Assembly (NCBI GenBank): GCA_025786725.1
Contig: JAHLTZ010000007.1
Span: 558,001 to 622,000 of the forward strand
DNA: 64,000 nt
Origin: Syncephalis fuscata S228
Lineage: Eukaryota; Fungi; Zoopagomycota
Reading direction: 5' to 3'
Shown: in pieces, positions 24,317 through 38,107 of the stretch
How the letters are laid out: each line of letters begins with the position of its first letter
Numbering within the stretch: the stretch's first letter is position 1
The notes under the pieces: generated by a model
What the model saw: the letters and a program-made list of their open reading frames with translations, nothing else
Told to the model about the DNA's origin: nothing
The model's database searches: none
Made by a program: the position numbers and the translations under genes

Positions 24317-26404
24317 TTAATGTTCCAAGGCTGTAGTAATAATGGCAGCTCTTGTTGCGATATCATAGGTAGGCGGTAATGAGTAGCGTGGCATTAATAG
24401 CTCATCTGTTGATTCCGTCTCGCTTAGAATACTTGTCATACTCGCACCGCCCGCAACGATCGACGTTGATCTTTGCTCAATTCGAGGCACGTCTTCATAG
24501 TAATTGGGTGGTGGTGGCTCGTAGACAGGCAGCAAGCCAGATGGTCCAGTGGATGATGGTGCGTTCGAGGCATTTAATTCATCGGCCAATTCCCAGTCGG
24601 CCAGACTTGGTCCATCACTGTTCCCTATACCAAGGGATAGCGCGTGACTATACATTTGGGCACTGGCCGGGTCATCGCCAAGGGCAAGCATGCGCCACCA
24701 AGCGGCCCAGCGTCGTTGGCGTGCCATGGCAGCGGCAGCCTCCTGACTACTTGAGGCAGCCGGTGCAAATACACCGATCACCACTGGCACACGGAACTTG
24801 GCCACTGGTCGAGGCAGTAGAGCCGGACCGACACAATAGCGCAGCGATACTTCGAGTGTATAGCGTACAGTTACACATCCTGGACCATCCATGCAATTTA
24901 GCTGGTTACCCGGTGCATTCGACGTGGATAGCATGCGACGGGGCAATTGCAGCTCAAACACACCTGAAGACTCGCCCAAAGGCCGTTGTCCGCCAGCAAT
25001 AACAATGTTTTCAACATCAACGAGATTATTGCTACGATGGACACAAATACGACGCAGACGTGCTTTAACACCAATAGGTCCGGCCATTTCAATGCCTGAC
25101 AAACCAACCATCATACGGATACGTTCGCCAGCTTTATAGCCGGTACGGGCTAATGATAGTGAAGCGTAGACACCATCGTTTTGGGGAGTCGATAAATCCG
25201 TCAATCTATCATCACTATTAGCAATAGTGGCATTATTAGACTGTTGATCATCAGAATGTGGTGATGATGCTGATGATGACGAGGCAAGGCTAGTAGAGGA
25301 TAGTGAAGCGGCCGGTAATTGAATCGTTGATCGTGCTGACTGACTTCTTAGACGGTCGAATAAAGATTTTGGCGAGTTGCGCACTAAGGCTTTTAGTGGT
25401 GCAAATGAGGCAATAGCATCACCGGCCGCACTACGGGCAAGCCATGAAGCGGCCACATTAACGTGGAATGGACAACGCAACACTGATGGCAGGCTATACG
25501 GTTCTCGATCAATGGTGATTGGATCACGAATGCGTACATCAGCCTCGGCCATAAGTGTGCTGCTACGAGCACGGACAACAAAGGTGCGTACCAAGTAGTA
25601 GACTTGATTACGCTGGCTTTCAAGTGAATTGGGTAAATGGCTATCAATAGGCAGTAGAATAGTAAATGGCCATGTGTGTTTGCCAATGCCCAAGTCATGC
25701 GGTTGCTCGGTTGTTGTTGGTGTTTCGGAGCTATTGTTATTATTAGCATCAAAGTGGCTCATAGTCATTTCCAGTGATGACTCTGTAGACATAGCAGTAT
25801 CGTTATTATTATTATTGTCAATAATAAATATACTATGTTGATTATCTTCTTCAATGGACTTGTTAGATGTTTGTGATGCATGGCGGCTAATTGGCTGTGG
25901 TGCACAGCCTACAACGTCATACTGAGTGACGGTGCTGTTATTGTTGATATTGGTCGTGGCAACATTAAGGCCTATGTTATGCTCGGCATTTGTCGTTGCC
26001 ACTTGCTCGCTGTCCGACGGAGTATTTTGTGCAGTAAGCTGCTTATCCGACAAGATAGTAGTGCGTGAATTAAAGAAAACGGGTCCGGAAATGCCAACAC
26101 TACGATGCGTCGCATTGTCGGCCACACCCATCAACACAACGTAGATTTCTTTTACGGCCGTTGGCTCCGACAGCGCAAGTGTTACTTTGCCTAACAGTGG
26201 TCACACCACGTGTCAGTACATATATTAGCCAATAGATTCAATGGTTGAAAGATTGGCGGCAATGTTGGTTTTTGCCACCACCCCAATAAACTTACCATGA
26301 ACAGTTTCTCCTGGGCGGTAAGAACGGTCCTCGATAAGTTCTACATCCACAGAACTGAGCAAGTTAGACGACTTTGAACGTGGTTTACGAATGGTGCGAA
26401 ACAT
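24317..26404 (-). CDS. Alpha-arrestin (PY motifs)
   Basis: Exon 1 (26404-26296) reads MFRTIRKP...SYRPGETVHG; intron 26295-26191; then GKVTLAL, GKHTWPFTILLP..LPNSLE, RTGYKAGE, VPVVIG, and LPVY/PPPNY/LPPTY motifs. Confidence 0.85.
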
Positions 26405-28950
26405 AGTGAAGTATGGTAGGAGATGATTGGATGATATGTACGTTGATTAAACTACCATAAAAGGTATTAATAACAAAAAATAATAACCAAATTTATACAA
26501 GATTGTATCTTGTAGATTTGCCTAATTAACGACAGCTAATCAACAGCGAAGGTGATACTACTTATACAATAAGAAGAAGATAAAAATGGAAATAAGAACA
26601 GTATACGACTACTAGAATAAACACACTAGTTAAATCACACGTTCCAAAACACAATTGCCAGGCGTTTGAAAAGGGCGAACGAACGACGCAGTGGTAAGGG
26701 ATCAAAGAATGATGCGCGTTTTGTACGCGGCCAAGATGTGCGCGAATGAGAATAAAAAGGGGAACTTCACTGCACAAAGTCTTTTAAGTGCGAGCGAGTG
26801 TGTGAGTGTGTGTAATAATAGCAAAGGGGACGCGCGGTGAAGAAGGCTGCCGTGATAACTCGGAATTAGTTGATGTACGCGTGAATCATCAAGCAAGTGT
26901 GACCAGAACGCGCGCACATGCAACTAGCAGTGTACTCAAGGCAAAGGTAAGCACTTTGTATTAGATTATTACCCAGAATAGCCGAGGCTTGGTACAGAAA
27001 CTGGGAAAGGTTGCAGCTGCAGATGTTGCTGGTTTAGAATAGACGTCTCGATGTAAGCAGGTAAGTTGCACGGTCGGTTTCAACTTGCAGCTAGTGCTAA
27101 AGAAAGCAGCAATGGGCTACACAAGATGAGCTGTAGTCCAACGGCAAATGCACTGAGCGACGAAAAAGGAAATAATATGTAGATATTACCGAGTGTTGAA
27201 TGGATGAGATAAAGGTAAAGAGCGAGAAATAAATAGACTTAAAATTGCTATTATAAATCAATAGAACAATAGAACAATAGAACAATAGATAGTTTAAATA
27301 AATGACTACTGACAAAAAGATATTATAATCGTCCAAGTGTAAATAAAAGTGTCAAATTGTATAAGAAAGCTCGACGGGCAAGCCGGGTGTTGTTCAAATT
27401 AGGCTACATAAATGAATTACATATTTCTTCATTTGACTTGTTTACAGTCGATGAGAAAAAAGGTACATAGCAGCCAAAAGTATGGAAGGGAATGATAATG
27501 AAATGCATTCTTTTTTCTTTTACAGAGTCAACGACACCACGGCACAGTGTATAGAGATATAACCACACCGTTAGTCGGCTCCCAGTCCTTAACTAATTAT
27601 TAATGTCTGCATCTACTCGAGCAGGTGATAGTCTTTAATTGCTACGATTGGTCAGCGTAAGACTCGTGTCGTTGACAGTGCAGTAAATAGAGGAATAAAA
27701 CGCGTGCACCAGTATTCTGAGTTGCGGCGACAAGACAAAGATTGGTCGCCACACACCATTCAGCAATAACGCCGTCCAGCTGACGAGGAAGAGGATAAAG
27801 GCCGTTGACTAAGCGCACAGATCATTAATACAAAGTCACCGTGAGGTTGGTGATATGCACAAGCAGTCGCATGTTGCTGTACATTTGTGTATGTGTATGG
27901 ATGGGTGTGCGTGTGCGCGTATGCGTGGTGTTCGGTGAATAATTATAGACTGCAGCATTAGAGCGCTTCCACCTCTCACTCTCTCCCCGCCTTCATCTAC
28001 TCACGCATGAGCAGCACCAATAATAAAAAATAATCCGAATGCACTGTTCTCCGAGGTGCACGAGATGCCTTGCATCACACCGAGCTAGAAACTTTAGCAT
28101 TGCAGCACCGGTGTGATGGGAAGATGCAAAGGCATCTATCTGTGCAGCAGCCATACTTGCAGTGCAGTTTCACACAGCTTTACTAGTGATGGAGGGTTTT
28201 ACTCACCTAAAAACCGACATGGGCAATAACAATTCAACTTAAGTGTGAATAAATTGTTTTGATTCTAATTTTAGTCAAATTTCCAATATGATGGAATAGA
28301 AAATAAATAGTCTATGGATAGCTGTTGAGGGTAGTGAAATAATAGATAACTGTTAAAAATACTACGACAATGATAATCTCACAATACAACAAATCGTTAC
28401 AAAAAACAAAACAAAGATATGGTCCCCAACATGGATATATCGTTATATTTAACTAGGAACTAGCACACTAGCCGTCTACTACTAATGGTGATGGTTGAAC
28501 CGGATAATAATGTTAAATATGTCCCAAAGAAGCATATCACATGTGGGTGTAAAAACTCCAATTCATACCTTGTCAATTGGCATGTGGATAGTGTTGTAGA
28601 ACGGCCACGAGGCGACCTATTATAGAGATCATGTGGAAACAAGTATCACGCACTGGTATAGAAAGGAAATTGTCGCGCTACATGCGAGAATGAAAGACGA
28701 ATAGAAGCATGCGATGGTGCAAAGTCTGGCCATTGTGAATTTGTTTTGAATACACTTGTTTTAGAATATAGTAATTGTACAGGCTGATTGCTTTGAAATG
28801 TTTAATTTTATTTTAATGCTAGTGCTTGAACCGAAGGAAGCAAGCAAGAATTTCTATGTTCTATCAAAATTGAGTGGGGAATTTAAATAACAAACAAAAA
28901 CTAAAAATATATACGCTAAAGCAAAGAATTTTGGAGAATAAACAACAGCC

Positions 28951-30258
28951 TCATACTACAGTATATGGCGGAGGGAGATCGTCCAAATCAGCACTGAACT
29001 CGTTCTCTGCAGTCTGCCACCAATCGCTATGGGGATCGGTGCTGTATTTACTGTTTTCAGTACCTACTGTAATAGGTGTGATAGCATGATTGCACTGTTG
29101 CCAATATGACGATGTGCCGTCACATGTGTGTGGATATTTAGCGTGTAAGTCACCTTGAGACTATCGAGCGATGTATTGGTGGGTGGCAAGTCGACGGGAA
29201 GCACTAGTTTAATTGGTGTAATGGCATGGAGATTTTTGTCTTGTGTGACGTGAATATGATTGGTTTGGCGAGCAATGACGACTTCTTTCGAGCATGTTTG
29301 GTCGCTACTGAAATAAGTAAGTACGTGATAATAATAATAATACAGGCAAAAGTACTTACTCTTTACTGGAATAGGTGCATTTTTGTTTTAATGTAACTTC
29401 AACGGCATCTGGAAGATAGCCTGGCTGGAAGTGTTTAACTTCAACAAGGACAGGAACAGTTTCACCTGATTGATATCCTTTTTTACCAATACTGACTTCA
29501 ACATCAACAGATTCGTGCTGAGACTTTACCAAACGATTCCATGCATTACCAACTGCAACTGACGCAGTATCGCGCAGATAAACAGGACTGGATAGTGCAG
29601 GCAGAGCAACATCAATACGCTCTTGGAACGATACGGGAATCGACTGGTAAGATCTTCACAGCCGTATGGACGTACCACTACGAATTTTAGAGAGTAGCGA
29701 ATAAAGTTTTGCATCACCTATAATAAATAATAAATATAGATAAATTTTAATTTTATTAAATACTCACCTCAGCGCTACTTGGAAGTCGGTTTTCGTTTTC
29801 AGAGAAACGAAAGGCAAATGACCAGCAATGGCTACCTTTCGAAAATTCGGATACTGTATCGGATACTTGGCTGATGGTGCCTGGACTATAGCCTAAATAA
29901 AATATGGTTACTTAAAATAGTAATTTAAAATGTTTTTAACTTACTGCTTCCTTCATCGGCCATAGTTGCGCAAGTATTGCATACGTAGCTTATGTTGTCT
30001 GGCCAAAGTTGGCGCTGAACAACATAGAAATAATTGTTTGACGAAAAACTAATAAAAAGTTAGCCAAACTGTTATTTAGTAAAGCCAGGCTTGTTACCTT
30101 TCAACGGCTTGAATACGATTCTGGGAGGTTCCGACTAGTGTCATTTTTACGTTTTGTACGGTAATGGCATGGGATAGATTCAAATGAACGACTCCTTTGA
30201 CCACATCTCCAGAAAAGTAGTGACCGGCCGGCTGGTTAAGCAATTCAATCTTAATCAT
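28951..30258 (-). CDS. Compact alpha-arrestin (multi-exon)
   Basis: HYFSGDVVKGVVHLNL, WSFAFRFSE..RLPSSAE, IRYSLKFVVVRP, KKGYQSGETVPV, PITVGT, C-terminal DLPPPYTVV*. About four introns. Confidence 0.85.
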
Positions 30259-31207
30259 GGTAGCGCCTTTTGCTTTACTACTCGGTGGTGCTTCTGATAA
30301 GCGTGGTAAAAAGTGTGCAGTAGGCACAGCGTGTACTTGGTAAGAAAACATACTTATAGTAAATTGGCACAATGATATTTTGTTTGTTTGTAGCTTAATC
30401 GCTACTATTTTATAGCACTGTTGTACTATTGCATATTCTATTAGAATAATGAGTTACAATGCGTCACTTTCATTTTGGTACACTAATTCAAACAGCGCAT
30501 TAAGTTTATTGATTAGCACGCGTCATTTCATCATTGCAGTAACTGGTTGGCTCTATCATGGTGACTCGATTTCATTTGCCTGCCTATTTGTGCAACAGCC
30601 AAGAATCATTATGACTAAACTGTTATCATACATTACATAGGCCCAGAATTGGCCAAGAGTTCGCCAAGGTTTATTAGTCCTAGATTTATTGGCGCCAACA
30701 ATGGCTAATCCAATCGATATTAATGATTTATTGCTCCGTTGGTGGCATGGATAAGTTAGGCCAATCGGATAAACAAACAATAATGGCTCATGGAAATGAT
30801 TGGTTTACATGTACAAGACCTTCCTTTATACGCGACCTCAACAGATACTTGTTTCAAGCGCACATGTAAGTTGAAAGAATAGATATACTGTCTCAAATTG
30901 ATGGTAATACTCCTAATAAATTGGAGTATACATAGTAATGTTTAATTTGCTCATATATGAGTCAGTATGCTCATTTAGTACGACCATTACGATTAGCAGC
31001 GAAATAAGAAAACAATACTGTTGCTGTGAGATGTTAATGAATTGCTAGTGCAAAATAAATAATGATTTATTTGGATTTATAATACCGTTAAATGAAATGA
31101 AGAATCTTGGAATCGTTTAAACAAAAGAGTGATCAATTTTACGCAGTAGTGATATTAGCATAATAAAACAAAACTGGTTAGTTCCAAGTATATAAAATCA
31201 CCTAGGC

Positions 31208-32462
31208 CTAAGTGTAATGCATTTTTGCACTTCCTTGAATTGCATTAAATCTTGTGTTTAAACAGTTGTTCATAGCTGACTGAGAATGTCGATTAATGAA
31301 ATGAAAACCTTGAGACTGGTGATCTTTGGTCGATTTTGATTTTTTGACAATTTTCTTGCTTTTTACATTACTATCTAAAAATATACACCTTAAGATCCAA
31401 TCTTGAACTGAGGTTGGAAGCAGTTTATACTGCCAATAAGATTTGGCACTATTTGAGCCTACAAAATAACTAATTTATGCTATATTATTTAAAAACAATT
31501 AGCCAATAGACTAACACTTACCGTCGCTTTGGTCGCGAACTACAGATTGCCATTATTATAGCTTTACTCACAAATGCAGCACTTATCGACGATCTGCTCT
31601 TTTTTTTTGAACGTTTATTGTGTGCCCTGTAAATTGCGCTGTAGTATTGTTTCTTTCCGCTATCCAATGACTCCTTTTCCGTGCAAAGTGTTTTATTGTG
31701 CAAAGGTGTTTTGATATTGCCTAAATTTAGCATTAGTATGCCACTATTGTTATTCACTAACAAATTTATATTACTTGGAACAATGTTGATAACACGGATG
31801 CCTTGCTCGTACAACTCAATTCGCATACTGTCATTGAGCCTAGTCATTGCTAGCTTAGCACTGCCATAAACAGAAACAATAGGCGCTGAAGAGAAGATGG
31901 CTGAAGATGTAATATTGATCAAACGTGGCGTCACCTCGCCTGCCTGAGCCGTTTCACGCAGCTGCGGCAATAATGCACTATCCATGAGGCATTATCAGTA
32001 GTTTAAATTTATTTACCAAAGTCCAATAACTTACGCAGATAGATCTACAGCACCAAACACTAATACATTAAATATATCACGCATCTGCGAGCCGGCTGCC
32101 TCCTCCGTGGTAGACTCTAAATAATAAGCTGCATTATTTACAATTGCCACTAAATAGCGTCCATCAAATCCATTTCTCCACAGCTGCACTGCCTTGCAGG
32201 CGTTTTTAACATCATCAGATGATCGAATTTCCAAACGGATTGGGATGACGCCTTCAATGTTTGCTAATGCATCTAAGCCAAGCTGAGTACGAGCACCGGC
32301 AAATACTGTAAATCCAGCCTCGGCCAAACACTCGGTAGCATCTCTGCCAATCCCACTTGAAGCTCCCGATATCAGTACAGCATAGCGTCGGTCAGGGCAT
32401 GTTACCTGGCATTCTGGAACTAAGTTTTTTATGCGATAAAATATATTGAGTGTTTGATTCAT
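31208..32462 (-). CDS. Short-chain dehydrogenase/reductase (retinol/17beta-HSD/BDH1-like)
   Basis: ISGASSGIG, VNNAA, catalytic YGSAK, and PKRRYFVG across the last intron; three introns. Confidence 0.88.
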
Positions 32463-33078
32463 ATTGAGTTTATTGATACGGATAAGAGAACAAGGAGCAT
32501 TAGACTTTTAAGGACAAAGTACGCAAGAAAGAATACGCCTTATCTATGCCATAGGTCATGGGGCCTTGCACAAATAAAACTTGAATTTTTGTAAACCTGA
32601 ACTGGTTGATTCGTCATGGTGTTAGTGATTTAAAAATGCTTTAATTTTTGTCATCATTCAAAGCAGCTTAACTATAGTTATGGTTAAGCCACCTATTAAA
32701 TATAATACCTTATAGTTGTTTGTATAGTAGATAGATAGATAGTGTTGACTTATTAGTTATTGTCTTGTTCACACTACAATGGTATGCAATCTTACTAGCT
32801 AAAATAGTTACGAAAAACTATTAATAACTGGTACATTGTTCAAATGGATATATATAGAATTAGCATATTAATGGCTCCAAAAAAGGAAATACAATGCTAA
32901 CAATTCAAAAAAAGCGCAAACCATTTCGGCTAATAGTTTATCCAAACATCATTGTAATCATTTGAACGCTTGATATTTTAAATCATAAATTGAATTGCGA
33001 AATTAAAAAAATATTTTTATTAGATTTATATGTAAGAAAAACAATTATTGATCAATTATCAATTTATTCAAAGTTTAA

Positions 33079-34229
33079 TCAGCTGTTTTTTTCTTGACTT
33101 GAACCATTGATGGCTGGTTTTGCGGGAACCATTGTCAAGGCTATCTTGTCCATAAGTGCAGAAGAAACAAATCCACCAACGAATCGAGCAAGCATCGTGT
33201 CCGTGCCTAGATGATAACTAAACACAAATAAGAATTATATATATATTGCATAGATATCTTACCGAATCTTTGGACGAGGACTACAGATAGCGTGCTCGAT
33301 GGCATTACTGGTAACACTTACTTTTATGGAATTATTTTCAGATTGTTGTTGCACTTTTTTCCAGCTTTCATGAAAATCATCGTAGTGCTTTTGAGCTAAT
33401 GGTTCAAGTGGCGTTGATGGTCGATGGACTGAAGCATTTACAAAAATTTGAGTTCTTACACTACCTACACATGAAGAAAATAAGCACAATAAGATCACAG
33501 CAGATAAATGACTATCCATGATAGTTTTCACACTATTTACCCGGCGTTATATCAATAACACGAATGTTAAATCCGTATAGCTCCTGGCGAAGTACATCAG
33601 TAAGACGTTTTAGTGCTATTTTAGCACTGGTATAAACCGAAATTATTGGTAATGAAAGATAGACGCCCGCCGATATAACATTAAGAATGCGCGGCACAAT
33701 CCTGCCCACCTGAGCCGTTTCACGTAGCTGTGGCAACAATGCACTAATAACAAATAATTTATAATGTTAATTATAATAAGCTGTAAATCACATGTTACTT
33801 ACGCCGTAAGATCGACTACACCGAAAACAAGCACTTCATAAGCATTACGAATAGTCTCTCCGGCCGCTTCTTCCACACATGTATTAACACCATGGCCAGC
33901 ATTATTGACCAGTCCCACAAGATAGCGGTCGGGTCGCTCCGCCCTCCAGGTCTCTACCGCCAGGCGTGCATTTTTAATATCCTCGGCCATCGTGACATCC
34001 AGACGTATTGGAATTATGCCCTCTATCGCTGCCAGTGAGTCGAGGTCAGTTTGCTTTCTGGCACCTGCAAACACGGTGAAGCCTGCGGCTGCTAGACGTT
34101 CCGCAGCATCACGGCCGATACCCGTCGACGTGCCCGTAATTACAACAGCGAGTTTCCTGTCGGGGCACGTTGGCGGAACGGCGGGCATATAATAGGTTAG
34201 CCGGTAAAAAAGTTGTATATCGTTTGCAT
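33079..34229 (-). CDS. Short-chain dehydrogenase/reductase, tandem paralog
   Basis: ITGTSTGIG, LVNNAG, YTSAK, PKIRYHLG, with the same intron positions as the neighbour. Start 34229 needs one extra T in a T6 run to match the paralog N-terminus; otherwise ATG 34188. Confidence 0.88.
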
Positions 34230-35193
34230 ACTAAATACTATGGTGCGAATAAGTCGAATAAAAGCTAAAGACCAAGTGTGTAATGTTTTCGATTTAAAGG
34301 GTGCAACTTTTCTGTTGATCTTTATCGTTTTTGGCATAAGAGTGCTTTAAATTAGTCACAAGGCCTTTGAGAATAACTATCCAGTTATTTTGTGTTATAG
34401 TAATACACGTCGGCCGATGATTAACTGGCATGGGCCATCATACTAAGTGAGCATTATATCATAATAAAAATATTAGTCAAGAATGTGATTTATATTATTT
34501 AGCATAAAATAGTAATGGAGCACTTTATAACTACTTGAATATAAGGATAAAGTATAGACATATTAACAATAGAGTTAGCAATATTTGTGGCACATGCATC
34601 GCACATTATTTTATTATATGCTACTTGCACACTATCGAGAAGAATTACTTGTCTATTACTTGATGTAATATTGTAAATTTTGATTTATTTATTATCATAC
34701 ATACTATAACTTCGGCACTGATATTCATTTATTTCCATTTATTCGTTCATAATTTTTATGCTATTTATACTTTATTTGCTACATGCTATCACTAAAAGCA
34801 GTTACAAAAGCATAGTTAAAAGTAATTTAAAATAAAACGTAAATAATGTAGTCAATACCTTGTTTTTAATTTAAAAGCTAGCTTGGTATTAAAAGCAGCA
34901 GCCAAACAAAAACAGATAATCTGAGATAAAAACACGAAAGCTTATCGCGTGATTAAAACTGTCACACAATAACATCATAGTATTAGGTTGCAATACTATC
35001 ACCAAACAACTGAATAAGAAAAGATGATTTCTCATTCAACGATAAGCGTAGAAATCTTTTTAAAATGTACGCTAAAAACATTCGCTGAAAGACAGTGTTT
35101 ATAAAGATGTAAACCACGTATGCTAATGGTAAAGTGTACTAAAGAATAATGTCACTTAGCACCAAATATCATTGCCATAGAATTCAGCCATCA

Positions 35194-35867
35194 GTAACAC
35201 AATAAATATCAAAATTGACTAATTTCACATCAAAAAATGGAGTTACTGTACTTTGACTCTCACATTTTTATTTATCCATTTCACCCCTCAACACTTTTAA
35301 ATACAATTAAACATTCACTTATCACTATAACATGTATAATATTGCATCCAACATTGATTAATTCATGTGTAATTATCAATACAATAATGTAATTAAATAT
35401 GCACATTATGGTATTAGTTGAAGTTGAAATAACATTTAATAAAATAAAAGGCTTTTTACACTGAATTGTTAAATATCTTTGTTGAAATGGTCTACAAGTA
35501 TAAAAAGAATAAAATAATTGCAATCATTGAATATGATTATTATAATATACAAGTGTGGTTCAAGTAAACAGAAACAAGATACAAAAGAAATAAATCATAT
35601 AACAGTTTGATGTGCAGTATGACAAACAGGCAACAGAAGTAATGAGAAACGATATGGAATTGCAATCATATGGCTTCTATTAATATTCGATCAATCTTTT
35701 TATACATGGCCAACAACAACAATAATCAACCTCAAATGTTTCAAAGAAATCAAATAGTATGTTACATTATTTATTAAATCAATTTATTAACAATATTTTA
35801 ATAGAAAGTAATATAACTATGTTGTACATCATAACAGCATGACTCTGATTGGAACGAGTTGTGCTTT
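35194..35867. repeat. ~670-bp AT-rich repeat, left arm of long inverted repeat
   Basis: Reverse complement of 41102-41774 with only a handful of differences by eye. Confidence 0.9.
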
Positions 35868-36019
35868 GGGAACAGATGTAGGAGCAAAGTAAAACCCAAC
35901 CGTAGCCTTTTAAATAAATAGTGTAACATATCATTTGATTTTCTTGAAACATTTAAGACCGATCATTGTTGGTCATGTGTAGGGAGATTAATTGAATATT
36001 AATAGAAGCCATATGATTG
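35663..36019. repeat. Imperfect inverted repeat (arms ~35663-35766 and ~35922-36019)
   Basis: caatcatatggcttctattaatattc at 35663 and its reverse complement ending at 36019; similarity extends about 100 bp. Confidence 0.75.
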
Positions 36020-36200
36020 ATTTATACCATTCCGCAATCGTTGTTGTTGCGCTAATATATACATGCTATGTACCATTTCATTTTAACTTTTAACTTTTAG
36101 TACTTGTTAGTTGAGTTAAATAAACTGTATCATCATATAAAATATTGTGTGTCATTCAACATTATTATACAATCTAATTAAATTATTAATTATCATAGTA

Positions 36201-37063
36201 TGATTTGGTGGTTAAATGACTATTTTTAATAACATCCAATCTATTGAACATGATGATGAGTGGTGAGTGACATCAATCATCAAATACTCATCATTGTAGA
36301 TTTATTATTTGGTATGCATATATACATATATCCTCTATTCGCCTATATCATTTCCATTTTATTCCACGCTACCATATATTATTCTATAATATACTAGACA
36401 TGTTCTATTGTTTATGTGCTCCATTACACTTCACTCATTCCATTAATTGAGCTATACACATTATAACCTTAACATCGTTTTATATGCTTTCTTACCATAC
36501 ATTTATCAATCTATATATCATTTTATAATCGCCTAGCCTTCCTCTATTCAAAACTGTTTTTTATTTTTGTTTTAGCTTTATTGTTAATAAATGTCGACTA
36601 ATTCCGCTCATTGATCATGCATATATGCTCAATAACTTTAACATTGCCAATCTTGTTCAATATTACATATTCATTATAATGGTTATCATTTTATTATATA
36701 TTGGCTATACGCTATCTATACCCGTTGTCGGTATGATTCCAACTCTTTTATGAATAAAAATTGACATATTGCACTTAGTTTGTTTACTGAGTTGTATTGG
36801 TAGAATAAATAATATGAATATGAACGGAGTTATGTTTTATTGAAATTATTTATAAATAAACTAGATTATTCAATTGGTTATGTTTTTAGTGTTAATCAAG
36901 CAAAGTGGCGAGTATACATAGTAATAATACATATTGTAATGATATATGCATATTGGATAATAAATTTACAATAATGAGCATTTGATGACTGATGTCACCC
37001 ACCGCCCATCATCATGTTCAATAGATTAAGTGTTATTAAAAATAGTCATTTGCCACCAAATCA
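36201..37063. mobile_element. MITE/foldback-like element with ~120-bp diverged terminal inverted repeats
   Basis: 36201-36323 is the diverged reverse complement of 36942-37063. A third partial arm lies at ~37098-37185. Non-coding AT-rich interior; no clear TSD. Confidence 0.5.
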
Positions 37064-38107
37064 CAATAAATGTAATAATGTAACGATTAAATAAAACTCA
37101 CCACTTGTCCCCATGTTCAATAGATTGAATGTGCAGTGCAATTGCGCGAATGTTATTAAAAATAGTCATTTAACCCTCAAATTACAATAAAGTATTAATA
37201 AATTGTTTAATGTAAAAAATAGTTATCTTTATTTGACTAATAAATAATGTAATATATACAATTCATAAATCGAGTGGCATTGTACATAAAAAGACTATGA
37301 ACAAATTAAAATACAGATGAGGGAGTTGCTTAACTAGTAGAATAAAAGAAAAAATAAAATCAATAGCATAAAAGCAAATATAATTATAGAATATGCCATC
37401 AGTAAAACAATGAGTGTAATAAGAAGAATAGATAACAAACAATAAAGACAAATATATTCATAGAACAATGTCATCAGTAAAATAAGAAGGATAAATATTA
37501 ATGCATAAGCAAATGTCATTATCATATAACATGATATTATAATTGACAGCTAAACTTGTAAGCATTAGATTTAGTATATAAGCAACAATGTTTATTGAAT
37601 GTTAAATAAAATGTAAACATACCTATTCTAAACTACGCCTTTGTAAATAGAACCAGCTATAATGATGCAACCCACTGTATTATTTTTAGCAAATATATAA
37701 GTTGTGTTTATTTAGTATTCTTAATAAAACTGATAATCTTATTACTAATACAATGCTCTGTTACATTTAATTATATTTATGGAAATGATAATTTATTATA
37801 TTACATTAATGTTTATTGTAAATAATCATTTAAATTCAAATTCAAATTAATCTAATCATTACAATCGATTGCCTAAAATGATTTGCTGCCTTGAGGGATT
37901 AAAGTAAATAATCAGCCAAAGAACAATAGGGTGAACACCAAGACGCAATAGCCTGTATATTCTTAACTGGATATGGTGATTGCGATCATTTTTCTATTTT
38001 TGCGCCATCCATCACTTTTATTGCTGTCATTAGTACCGGTATTTCATTGATCTCATCATTTTACTGCCTTGTACTGGAATACATCATTTTACATTTTTAT
38101 ATATATT

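Noticed and set aside
24379-25002. 207-aa antisense ORF over arrestin 2, and similar antisense ORFs over other genes
   Set aside because: Shadow frames of GC-richer coding sequence with no independent evidence.
35281-35523. 80-aa ORF and its copy at 41446-41643
   Set aside because: They lie in the AT-rich inverted repeat, have non-ATG starts, differ in frame between near-identical copies and show no recognisable motif.
37263-37525. Very hydrophobic short ORFs resembling mitochondrial membrane proteins (NUMT)
   Set aside because: Explained by T-rich strand bias; no recognisable nad/atp motifs.
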